Of a DNA stretch of 40,487 bases, positions 17,601 to 25,800 are shown one piece after another. The number at the start of each line of letters is the position of its first letter. The stretch's first letter is position 1. The position numbers and the translations under genes were made by a program. This DNA comes from Candidatus Micrarchaeota archaeon (GTDB taxonomy: Archaea; Micrarchaeota; Micrarchaeia; Anstonellales; Bilamarchaeaceae): NCBI GenBank assembly GCA_013425375.1, contig JACCLH010000086.1:1-40487 (forward strand), written 5' to 3'. The notes below the pieces were generated by a model. It had not been told where the DNA came from. It saw only the letters and a program-made list of their open reading frames with translations, and searched no databases.

Positions 17601-20480
17601 ATACATCTCCATCAGCGTTGCCCGGTCCTGCCATCCTGTGCCGCTCACGAGCGAGTTGTAGGCGCCTCCGAGCGCCTTGAAATAAGCCGGCTCGTCGACT
17701 CCGATGATGAACTGGAACAATCCGGGGTTCGCATGCCTGGTGACCGCGGCGATGACATCTCCGAGCACCCTCCCCTTTTCAGGGTTCTTGGTGGAGAGGG
17801 TCGTGTAGTCGCCAACGAGATCGTTGAGATCCCGGCGCAGCTTGGCCAGCTGCTCGCGCATGAGCGATGATTCCAGCATCGGCGCGTTCTGGAGGTCCTT
17901 CCCGGTCTCTGCCAGGTGTATCATGCTGAAGGCAATCCTCACGGCCAGCCGCAGCTGCTCAGGCCGTATGATGCTGCCGCTCGCAGGGTCTATCAGGACC
18001 CTCTGCCGCTCGACCAGCCGGTTGAGCTGGGCAGAATCCATGGTGGATTCGGCTTCGGTCAGGATGGTGTCGCTTTCGCGCCTCCACTCGCGTATCCACT
18101 CGCTCATCATGGGCCGGACCGGCTCCATCACGCGGTCGGAGAGCTGGCGTTCCACCCCGCTTATGAAGCTGTCTATGCTTCCGTGCCTGGAGACTATCTC
18201 ATTCCTGAGCTGCTCTGCCAGGCCTGCCTTCATGCCCGGCCGTTTAGTTGATTCAGAATCAGCTATCGGTTTGTTGAACGCGTCACCGTAGGCGTCCCTG
18301 ACGTCCTGCTGGGCCAGCCCTCCCCTCTCGCCTACCGCACGCCTTGTCACTGCGATGGCGCGGAGGAACTGGGATGGTATTATGGGATATGTGTTGGCGA
18401 GCAGCTTCTGGGTGTAATCATCTTTCTTTTCCCTAAGGTCCTTCTCTATGCTGGCGACACTTCCTGAGAGCCATCCCAGGGCCGCCCTGTTCCCTTCCAC
18501 ATAGGACACCAGCGTCTTGCCATAGCTCCTTTCAAGCCGCGCGCGGTCAGGGGCGGCCTTGCCTGTCTCGCCATATATGTCCTTGAGCGCATAGGCGAGC
18601 GTGGTCTCGCTGTATCCTGCCGAGGTGTTCAGCTGGTCCATGAACCTGCTTCCCATGTTGGCGTTCATCTGCTGCCCTATCTGCACCATCGGCCTGAGCA
18701 GCCATTGCATGCTGTCCAGGTTATCCTTCACAGCCTTCACGAGGTCCTTGCCGTACTTGCTCTCTGCCTGGCCGACTGCCTGCCTAACTGCCTTGACCTT
18801 CTGGTATGCCTTGGAAACCGACTCACAGACATCCCTGCTCCTTAGGTCATACTTGGACGCGAGCGCCACTGCGAGCGGGTCTGTCCTTCCCCTGCGCCGT
18901 ATCTCGGCCTGTATCTGCTGCGGGGTGTTGTCCAGCCAGGACAGCTGTTCAAGGTTCTTGCCGATCGTGTCAAGGAGGTCCGGGTCTATGGTGTGCTGGG
19001 CTATCCTCTCCTGCGAGACCGCGGCATAGGCCTCTGCCACGGCGCTGCCTGCCGAAACCCCGGCCGGGAGCTTCAGTGCCGCTGCCTTGAGCGCCTTGGC
19101 GCCTGCGTCATTCATCCTGGCCCGGTTCTCCATCTCGTCGTCGATTTCGCGCGGGTCGCGCACGAGCCAGGCAAGGTCGGCGATGTTGGAGCTCACCAGC
19201 TGGACCAGCCTGGTTCCGTATTCCACCCTCAGCCGCTCCATGTCCGGGCTGCCCATGGCCAGCTCGGCATATATGTCCCTCACCGCTATGGACAGGATGC
19301 TCCTCTCGAACACCTTGTATATCTGCGAGTATAGCCTGCCTGTCTTCATCTCCTGGGCATAGAGCGCGGTGAATGCGCCCCAGAATTCCTCGTTGTGCTG
19401 GACTAGGGGCATCTGCACGACTCCGTCCACCACCTCGGCCAGCTGGCCGTTGAGTATGGCGTTGAACGCATTGAGCGCGATGAGGTCGCCGTTCTCGCCC
19501 ACCTGCCTCATGAATTCCATTGCCCTGGCGGCCATGCCATGGGCGACCAGCTTGAGGAGCGGGTCCACGACATCTGTGCCCTCGTCCTTCCTCAGCCGCT
19601 CCACGCTTTCAACGTTGCCGGATGCTGCCGACTGGTACACTGTGGCGACCATGTCCGTGAATCTGGCTGGCTTCATCTCCCCCTCGCGTTTCGCGGCATA
19701 GGCCTTGATGATGGCCGTGAGCTTCGGGTCAGGGTATATCCTCTCCAGGAACTGCTTCTCAAACTCCTGCAGGAAGGCCGCGGACGGGTTCGCGTCGAAT
19801 ATGGCCCTGAACGTGGTCTTGTCTCCCGGGTCACCTGTGAGCATGAATTCGTGCAATGCCGTGATGGCCATCCGCGCCTGCTGCTCAGGCCTCCGGCTCG
19901 CGAGTTCTGCGGTCAGTTTCTTGCCGTATCTCTCTGCTATGTCAGGGACAGCCTTCCGCTCCTGCTCTTTCATGAGTTCCTGTCTGGCCGCGTCCTCATT
20001 GGACATTCCGGCCCGCACGTCTGCCCTCACCCTGCCTATCGCTGTGTCTGCCTTCACGGCCTTTGCCTTATCCATGTTCTTTACGAACGCGGCCACTTCG
20101 CTGTCGCTGACAGCTATGGCGTTGAGCTCGGAGCGGATGTTATGCACCCTGGTTATGAAGTCTACCTTGACCTCAGGCACCATGATGCCGATATCATCGT
20201 TATACGCCTCCAGGAGCGGGGCGACCTTACTATCGCTTTTCAGCTTGTCCCACTCGTTGCGGAGCGTGCCCATGAACAGCTGATTCTGGTTGAGTGCCTT
20301 CTCCTTGCCATCCTGCGGGTCCCTGGCATTTGCGTTGTATATCTTCCAGAAGTCGGCCCATCTGGCCTCATTGGCGTCGACTATGTAAGCGCGATACGCC
20401 TGGGCCGCCTGAACAGCCATGCCTTTGATCCGCGAAGCTTCCAGCGCCTCTGTACCTATCTTTTTGACGGGCTCTGCCAT
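11646..20480 (-). CDS. Giant protein E (about 2944 aa), unknown function: helical repeat-rich N-terminal half, shared module, beta-rich C-terminal part
   Basis: An uninterrupted ORF. The start is set at ATG 20480 because TTTAAATA lies 21-28 nt upstream, giving leaderless geometry. The track start at 20753 adds 91 aa. I spotted no hydrophobic helices or catalytic motifs by eye. Confidence 0.8.
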   Translation of the reverse strand: MAEPVKKIGTEALEASRIKGMAVQAAQAYRAYIVDANEARWADFWKIYNANARDPQDGKEKALNQNQLFMGTLRNEWDKLKSDSKVAPLLEAYNDDIGIMVPEVKVDFITRVHNIRSELNAIAVSDSEVAAFVKNMDKAKAVKADTAIGRVRADVRAGMSNEDAARQELMKEQERKAVPDIAERYGKKLTAELASRRPEQQARMAITALHEFMLTGDPGDKTTFRAIFDANPSAAFLQEFEKQFLERIYPDPKLTAIIKAYAAKREGEMKPARFTDMVATVYQSAASGNVESVERLRKDEGTDVVDPLLKLVAHGMAARAMEFMRQVGENGDLIALNAFNAILNGQLAEVVDGVVQMPLVQHNEEFWGAFTALYAQEMKTGRLYSQIYKVFERSILSIAVRDIYAELAMGSPDMERLRVEYGTRLVQLVSSNIADLAWLVRDPREIDDEMENRARMNDAGAKALKAAALKLPAGVSAGSAVAEAYAAVSQERIAQHTIDPDLLDTIGKNLEQLSWLDNTPQQIQAEIRRRGRTDPLAVALASKYDLRSRDVCESVSKAYQKVKAVRQAVGQAESKYGKDLVKAVKDNLDSMQWLLRPMVQIGQQMNANMGSRFMDQLNTSAGYSETTLAYALKDIYGETGKAAPDRARLERSYGKTLVSYVEGNRAALGWLSGSVASIEKDLREKKDDYTQKLLANTYPIIPSQFLRAIAVTRRAVGERGGLAQQDVRDAYGDAFNKPIADSESTKRPGMKAGLAEQLRNEIVSRHGSIDSFISGVERQLSDRVMEPVRPMMSEWIREWRRESDTILTEAESTMDSAQLNRLVERQRVLIDPASGSIIRPEQLRLAVRIAFSMIHLAETGKDLQNAPMLESSLMREQLAKLRRDLNDLVGDYTTLSTKNPEKGRVLGDVIAAVTRHANPGLFQFIIGVDEPAYFKALGGAYNSLVSGTGWQDRATLMEMYGPQFVTELEAQAKHLKLLEKGAGIDDLALGENELFAAIVKRCYLAIVSPTETENRNAMVKLFGERFVKVVEDQKGKLGAMNSPTAGLAELQSVDEIARARIFQAYPAAYSQSVKSLMRAYRKQNEELFRSLTSIYRLIKSKPAKAAEQGVKEMYELYFFQQKRMYGERLVDYVKDNLSKFAFLERLDASPKDLASLDPAVLEALQSAFESGPMVGRTNFMKNLLHVQEMIPRVYGMVGEALSLYSPPERVGADFARAVNFYREQFGSNDFLFNQYLNLQLLGQKIMEISSGAIMLPEAKARAIKENRFTADMLAGFLQSPSGQAFISRCQGGYTELEKRYRQDRQDRNFHPETADDLSDEKLDALKARLSVIDAFYIGLAINEIGGPTAFGSKAVDALMDTILTLSDRDTYLIGPFLLQALPAMVQGAQTEEILIAGLQQFRTTVSRLYQQEAAMTSYSIAHRRRYFLEVFASIESDFLKRVSTFDHHNLEDEERRMAERTALNWGQENPLFHSTKGIYWGQELDQIPGLYEQPLRPEVPVPHGIAPVGAQLRLGGFLVDSDATRQFARMKYQLLPETALMLNLGVPVEFKIGGMGMSSYLRMLSHMFPPIPTEYSDYLLSGYGHAAGYYGYEGAETSTTKKGGTGAMGGLQTPTGGGTGEAKWEMLDTKIGTGREGESTSGQVTQGVDVTAAAGGVPYPMVGPIITYLPSSQGWKEQEKKKLEEEKRKAPQLQEEAKAFYEEHGGFSALLDSTVAEVRKDTKEDGKLAQQAMDSVYANDEAKMADSLRQLIYTEIASVTDTAAYAANTGMQIAKDEDGKIIGVTIVDAKKAGKAMRESVVNSLKPEGLPPEEQGGLHSGTLQMTGAWAETTVPQVGETGALVEKSYESQSSFKGMMETCSRLAKTKGIDMLFFFSGTYIPELPGLPPQVPPAAGTKAKPIQEGEGRVKTRLILFKPDGSWEQVAYGYDTRAKLLNYTYGGGDEDYWLASAKMIGRKQFTSKEAEGGFSGMAVGFTIPTGEGDNFSALGVGQLTRNMSTMDPVFQEEAIGSAFTRIRDDQSQRDVHVLLFNGVQTADMRYYDAQGRKLEAMPRAGEYEAKMKGTTFAEANVQYIRQTLALKPLENTWEFRAGWGYVGEGTKTLKGWPQSVAGRFRKEAPITAYRTDAYGITVARTEVDLLRQARVAMEDADKMYSSMKDFLMRFYQWSENRAEETGHLIAASYLYSQLEDYTVKDAAGNYITDKKNAPSRPDPNYASLLFMYWAQRHNILVGGSRAPNFDSMYNRINDAMADIQANPTEEASILKALSENLNASLAKSVWKVSLGYGYNGEANSFYTIASGRYSAADKANYGGLYSVYIFGKPTIGFVDLAAHAYMFPTALVAREKADANGATTGTDYTHPIVRKDTFYTDIDIGGGLRWPLHGLVRYEQEAVLTQGLGKLDAVRRCYREMGGIGYDSLVLRDVYGKDLVKAVEEARDTFGWMVRPESEIKREFAKRLDEGNPSVTRIKNILEERTTKDPAVALRDVFLEIKKSEPDMQRLLLAYPAEMIEAVREMTTDLDWMLLPDNEMVAQFTAEAAKEKSVARHIVEEVAMPLGIGKKSELTGAEVRLLMERNLLDVLVAVKDADTREGHQPERYDVYLGTHLATEGKNDTHKRYYVLHTPITVRAGGGAEGAPARGALKVGDEEDLQEWLRPPNNHMIGMDVFTLDIDATESGDYKFTFSGDRRGLWLTAQRAFGSLTLPLETSAYKYHDFSHNWSAGYLASIFQDYKQELLGGIFYGTKQYGDLRWNEYKVVLSHNINLINTSTMNQAITHYIFLKGDKIFVASSGVFEDKDELKQACMTLGCDISEISRTTVGYGITVAKADFVAGDKLSVHFYVEGGTETGWRPTPPASETTTAVAPTGKKTSTLVGETAVGVEWTPDYGGGLGPSYYIKAYFRRGRAITGAGLDQSNAQDVSRVEPYIGKEGKVPVEVGVSVGGQF

Positions 20481-20500
20481 GACAGTACTTACTCCGAGGA

Positions 20501-20508
20501 TATTTAAA
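20501..20508 (-). promoter_or_regulatory. TTTAAATA TATA-like box of giant gene E
   Basis: The minus strand reads cgaaTTTAAATAtcctcggagtaagtactgtcATG. This spacing matches the other first genes in the window. Confidence 0.55.
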
Positions 20509-20808
20509 TTCGTTCCGCCGGGGAGGGCTGAGGCGCCCACGTTGACCGCAAGGAACCAGGAAAGGAACCTGGACGCCCTTGAACCTGATCTCGCCACTTG
20601 CGTCAGACAGCCTGTCACACAAGCCGCGTCAAAGAACGGCAGAAGACGCGGCTCCGGTGGCGAAATCAGGTTTGAACGTGCCCGGGTATCTTTCAATGGT
20701 CCGGACTCGGCATGATCCGCGCTCTGCCTGTGGAGCAATCTCGGGCCTGACATGAATGGGAACCTTCCAGAATTTGGCTGTCCTGGTGATATTGTGTCAG
20801 GAAAGATT

Positions 20809-20814
20809 AAAAAA
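20809..20814 (-). terminator. T6 tract 31 nt after the stop of gene D
   Basis: The minus strand reads TAA...gtgtgacacctcTTTTTTaatctttcc. This is a candidate end of the B-C-D transcription unit. Confidence 0.35.
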
Positions 20815-20844
20815 GAGGTGTCACACTAAGGGTGCAATTGTGTA

Positions 20845-22812
20845 TTACAGCGGGATACGGATGGTACGGCCCCTGTCGCTTTCCTTCTCCTCTGGCGGCT
20901 TCGCCTGCTGTGCCGGCTGGCCCTGGACAGGCTTCGCGACCTTGACGCCCAGCCTGTCTGCCCATGCGCCTACCGGCTCGTTCGGATTGGCCATCCTCCG
21001 TGCAACGAGCGCGACCGCAGCGATGGTCCGCATGTCTGGCATCCCATCCCTTATGAGCCTGTCGGTCTTGAGGCCAAGGACAGTGCCGGTGAGCAGCTTC
21101 ACGTCGTCCTTGAGCAAGGCGAAGCGGGAATCGTCCTTCCTTGCCGTCATGTCCATGACGAACTCCTGCACAGCTTCTGCCACGTATGTCCTCTGATCCT
21201 GTGTTGAATCCGCGCTGAGCCTGTAGGCGTCATACCCTATATTGGAGTAGTTCTTCCTTCCCCTCACGAACGAGAGGAAGCCATTGTTCTTGTGGAGATA
21301 TTCGTTGAACATCTTGTCGAACGCATCCTGTATATCCGTCCTTCCCAGCTCCTTCAGGGCCGCCTGCAGGTCTGGGTACTTCGTCTTCTTGGGATTCTCC
21401 GGATCCTTGGGTAGGTTGCGTATGATATCTACGACATCCTCGGGCTTCCCTGAGGATGCGGCACCAACTATCCTGGCCGGCAGGTTCTTCCAGTTCTCCC
21501 CTGCGAATTTCTCAAGCTCAGTTGGTTCGCGCTTCGCTGGCTCTTCCACTACCGTAGCCTCTTCGGCCGCTTCGGGCGCCTTCCACACGCTGAGCGGTGG
21601 CTGCTCCGCCACCATCTTCTCCAGCGCCGCCTCTATCTGCTCCTCTTTTTTCCCTTTCTTCGTCAGGCTGCTCCTCAGGTCCTCAATGTCTTTCCATATA
21701 TAACCGCGCCTGATATAGAGTGCTGCTGCGATTATGGTCTCGCTGTCCATCTGCTCTGGCTCTTGGACATAGGGGCGAACGAAACCCGCCCTCTCCTTCT
21801 CGGTCACATTAGGATATGTCCTGGTGCCCTCCACTTTCTCAAGGCGCTCTTTTATCCCGGTCTGCATTATCTCTTCACGGAAATCCGTGTTGCCCGGGGG
21901 AATGATTTTCAGCAGGTAGTAACGTATGAACATGTTTGCCGCGCGGATGGCGTCTGCGTCGGCATATCCGGTCAGCATGCCCTTGGATTTGTTGAGCGCC
22001 AGCTGCAATACGCCGAACTCCGGGAACATGGCCTTGCCGACCTCGCCCGAGGCCTCGGATTTCAGGAAGCTCTGGAACTTCGGTATCTGGTAAAGGGCGT
22101 TGAAGACCGCTATGGTGGCGTCCCGCTGCCCTGTCACGCGCTCTGTGCCGCGCTGTTTCTCTGCAGAGAGGAACTTGTCCACCTGAGCAGAGTTCCGGTA
22201 GAGGTTGGTTGCTGCCAGGCCGGGCGGGTCTTTCTGCTCGTCCTTCCGCGCGTTCTTGAGCATCTTCTCTATCCAGTCTATCGTCACCATTACCTGGGGA
22301 GTCTTGTGCCTGGCCTGCAGCTTGGCCTTATTCTCGGTTTCCTTGGCCTTGCCGATTTCTTCACGTGCTTCAGCTATCCTCTTCAGCGCTTCCGCTTTCA
22401 CTGCCTGCTGTCTCTCTTCCTCCTTCTGTTTCTTCTCCTTGGCCGTCTCAACACTCTCAGCTTTCTTGGGCGCCTCTGGTCTCTTCTCCTTGGGCAGAGC
22501 AGGCCTGGGTTCTGCTTTCTTCTGCGGCGCCGGCGCCTCCTCTGCTTTCCTCGCGCCGACAGGATTGATTATTCCTTTTATCCTGCTCGCCTCGGAGCTG
22601 GCCTTAATCGCCTTCAGCTCCTTGACATGGTCGCCCTGGCTGCCCTCGGCCATCTCGTACACCTGCCTGACATTTTTGATGGCCTCCTTGACCTTGGCCT
22701 CTATCTCCTCAGGCTTCGCAGGGTCTATAGTGACTCCTGCGGCCGCGGTAGTGCTGTCATTGAACTTTATGCTCAGGCTGTTGTTGGATTTGGAATAAAT
22801 CACTGAAGCCAT
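20845..22812 (-). CDS. Protein D (655 aa), soluble-looking, with a K/E/P-rich segment; unknown function
   Basis: ATG 22812 lies 4 nt after the stop of C, with AGGAGAG inside the end of C, so the two are coupled. No hydrophobic helices are seen. Residues about 85-165 are K/E/P/A low-complexity. Confidence 0.75.
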   Translation of the reverse strand: MASVIYSKSNNSLSIKFNDSTTAAAGVTIDPAKPEEIEAKVKEAIKNVRQVYEMAEGSQGDHVKELKAIKASSEASRIKGIINPVGARKAEEAPAPQKKAEPRPALPKEKRPEAPKKAESVETAKEKKQKEEERQQAVKAEALKRIAEAREEIGKAKETENKAKLQARHKTPQVMVTIDWIEKMLKNARKDEQKDPPGLAATNLYRNSAQVDKFLSAEKQRGTERVTGQRDATIAVFNALYQIPKFQSFLKSEASGEVGKAMFPEFGVLQLALNKSKGMLTGYADADAIRAANMFIRYYLLKIIPPGNTDFREEIMQTGIKERLEKVEGTRTYPNVTEKERAGFVRPYVQEPEQMDSETIIAAALYIRRGYIWKDIEDLRSSLTKKGKKEEQIEAALEKMVAEQPPLSVWKAPEAAEEATVVEEPAKREPTELEKFAGENWKNLPARIVGAASSGKPEDVVDIIRNLPKDPENPKKTKYPDLQAALKELGRTDIQDAFDKMFNEYLHKNNGFLSFVRGRKNYSNIGYDAYRLSADSTQDQRTYVAEAVQEFVMDMTARKDDSRFALLKDDVKLLTGTVLGLKTDRLIRDGMPDMRTIAAVALVARRMANPNEPVGAWADRLGVKVAKPVQGQPAQQAKPPEEKESDRGRTIRIPL

Positions 22813-22816
22813 AACT

Positions 22817-25800
22817 TCACTCTCCTTTCTTCATCTGCCTCTTGAGGATGTCAAGACCCATCGTCATCAGGTACGGATTCGCCTTGTGGCTGTCTGTCAC
22901 CATCACCACGTCAACCGCGCCGTTCTTATCTGTCACTGCGATGCCGTTCTCGGCGAGTGTTTTCCTGAGTTTAGGGTCGCCCACCTGCCTCTTGATCTCA
23001 GCGTACACATCAGCCTCGAACCTGGCCCTGTCATCTGGGAGAGGATAGAGCGTCTTCATCATGCCACGTTCAGGGCTCTTCTCCTTCATGGCGTAATGGT
23101 TTGTGACCACGATTTGGGCCTGCACCCTCATGACAGTGTCTGCCATCCCGGAAAGTACGACCGGCGGGGCCTCCCCGGGCTTCGCAACCCTGTTGTAGCC
23201 AGGCAGCCTCACGGGTTTCGGTTTGAGCTCCCCAAGGACGATTTCCTCCATTCCCTTCTCCTTCTCCAGGGGTTTCTCCTCCCCCTTGCGCCTGGCTGAC
23301 GGGGTGGGGATGCTTATGTCCCACCATGCCTCCTCGTTCTTGTAATAATCCGCCTGTCCATCAAGGAACTTCTCAATCTTTGCCGGGTCTTTAGGAACGA
23401 CCGTTCCCTGTTCCTGCAGGCTCTTGAGGATGTTGACCACATTGCCTTTGATGGCCCGCTTGTTGTCCACCAGCCATTTGATCAAACCGCTTTCCGCGTT
23501 CCTGTTCCTGTCCCTGGTTGTCCTTTGCACAGCGAATGCGACCAGCCTTTCGTTTCCTGGCTTGAGCAGCTCCGGGTCAATCTCTGCGAGCGCAGCAGGC
23601 CCTACGCGTCCCTGCTTCATGGCGACTGCCACAATGTCTACTTCCGTGCCCTCTGCGGTGAGCGCACCGAGCGTTATAAGCTCTGCTTTGGCTGCTGCCC
23701 TCGCTGCTGCTGTTTGCGCCACATCTGCCATAGTGGCCCTGAGATTCGACACATTTGTTATGAACTTCGCAAGGTCCTCTGGTTTGCCGTATACTGTCTC
23801 TCCGCCGGATATCATTCCGTCCTCGCCTATGGTTATCTTATTGAGAGCGAACGAATTGAACGCGGCCAGATTCTCGGTGTGCCACCGCTGGTTGTACAGG
23901 ATGGCCTTCACATCCTGTTTTATTCCAGGATTCGTAATCGCGTTCTGGTCAAGCATACCCAGGAACGAGTTGTCTTTTATGCCTTCTCTGCCGCTGACCT
24001 CTATGTAAAAGCCTGCATTTTTCAGGTGCTCCCGCAGCACGACATCAATGGTTTTGGTTGCGGTCGCCTGCTGCCTGAGACCTTCAATGACTGGCTTGCC
24101 ATCTGGCCCGGTCTTAGAGAGGTTTGCCATCACATCTCCTACAAACACGGATGGTATGTTGCCTGCGCGTACCGAGTCGAACATGAACCAGTAAACAGCG
24201 GGATACCAGCGCAGCAGGCTCTCGGCCTTCATGCTTTCCTGCTTGAGCTGTCCACCGAGCACTTCTTGTCTGCCTATGGTTCCTGTGTCTGCGAGGAATG
24301 TCTCAGCTGCCACGTCCATGTATGTCAGGACAAGGCCGCGTTCCATCCAGTTCTTCCTTCTAAGGTTAGCCATGTCTGTTATGTCAAGCTGGTTTTTGTT
24401 CTCACCTGAGAGGAGCCCGTATACATTTCCGAGTTCGATATGCAAGGGTTCCAGTTTTTCCCGGAGCTTTTTCTCAATATCAATAACGCCGCTAATGTCA
24501 TTAGCCTTGGTTTTCGTTTTCCTATCTACCAGCAGCTCGTTTATGCCATCGAGCGCATCTGACATGGCATGGCCGTCAGTGAGTATCTTATCTATCTTGC
24601 GTATGTCATAGAGCACGCCCCTATCCAATAGGGCCCTTACCTCCGTCCAGTCATCCGGCCTGCGTTCGTCTCCCTGCGGGAACGTGTTCACTATATACCT
24701 GAAGAGCGCGGCCCCATCGTTCTTTCTTGGCTTCTCAGCGCCCAGCGCTTCCTTGAATTCCTTGACAAGCTCGTTCTCAGCATCGGCCATGATTTTTTCT
24801 ATCTCTGCCTGCTGCTTGAGGGTGATTGACCCGCCTATTCTCTCTGCCATCTCCTTTTTCAGGTCAGTGAAAATCTGCCTGATGTTTTTCTTCTGCTTGT
24901 CGCTGTCTTTCTCAGCCACCTGCCCCATCAGCCTCTTCTCCGCATTTTCCAGGGCAGTGACCACATCCTGCATCCGGTTGCCTTTCAGCGTCTTGCCTAT
25001 CCCATCAAGTATGTCATCCTTGACATCCACAATCGTTTCATGCACTGTTGTCCTGAGCTCTGCCTGCGCAGAGAGCCCTGTCTTGGTTATCCACCTGGCG
25101 TTCTCATCGCTGCATGCGATGCCGTACCTCTCTTTGCACATCTTTCTTCCTTCTTCCACTGTGGCAGCGCCTGTGAGCGTACGGTAAAACCCGATGGCGT
25201 ACGGACTGCCCCAATGATTCAGCGCCCACCATGCCGCTACCTGCGGCACGATGTACATCCAATTGCTTGCAGCCGCTCTTATCCTTCCGCCTGGTATGGC
25301 GCCTGCAATCCCTTTCAACCATGTTCGGCCGCCCCAATTGGTGAACGGTTCCACATTATTGAGGAATCCGCCTACCACTTTAGCCGCATCCCATATGGTG
25401 TAAAGTATGGGGTGTGCCTGCCTTGCCAGCGTGCTGCCGGTTTCATCTACTGCGCCAAGCACCTGGTTTGCCCTTACTTTGACAGCCCCTAAGATAGAGA
25501 GTTCCTCCATGAGGTCGGGCATCATCTTAGCCGTATTCCACATGGCTTCCATGCCCGGCCGCAGACTGCTATCCATCACTCCAAGCGCCGCATCCACAGT
25601 GCCGACGTTCATAGCTTCTTTGAATGCCTTCCCAGTGCCCCTCCCGTGGACATTTTCCACTGCTCTTGCCACTTCATTGCTTTTCAGGGCATTAAGCATT
25701 GTTGTTTCCAAATTGCCGTCAGGGGCTACATGTCTGATAATGCTTTGCCTCACAGCGTCGACAATCGGATTGCCTGAAGTGGGCAGATTGTTTATGAGCG

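Noticed and set aside
20818-20826. GTGTCACAC after the stop of gene D, considered as a terminator hairpin.
   Set aside because: A 4-bp stem with a 1-nt loop cannot fold. Only the adjacent T6 tract is retained as a weak termination signal.
24990-25020. DGIGKT in protein C, as a possible Walker A P-loop.
   Set aside because: The spacing does not fit GxxxxGK[ST]: the residue five positions before the Gly of GKT is Ile, not Gly. No Walker B-like motif was seen nearby.
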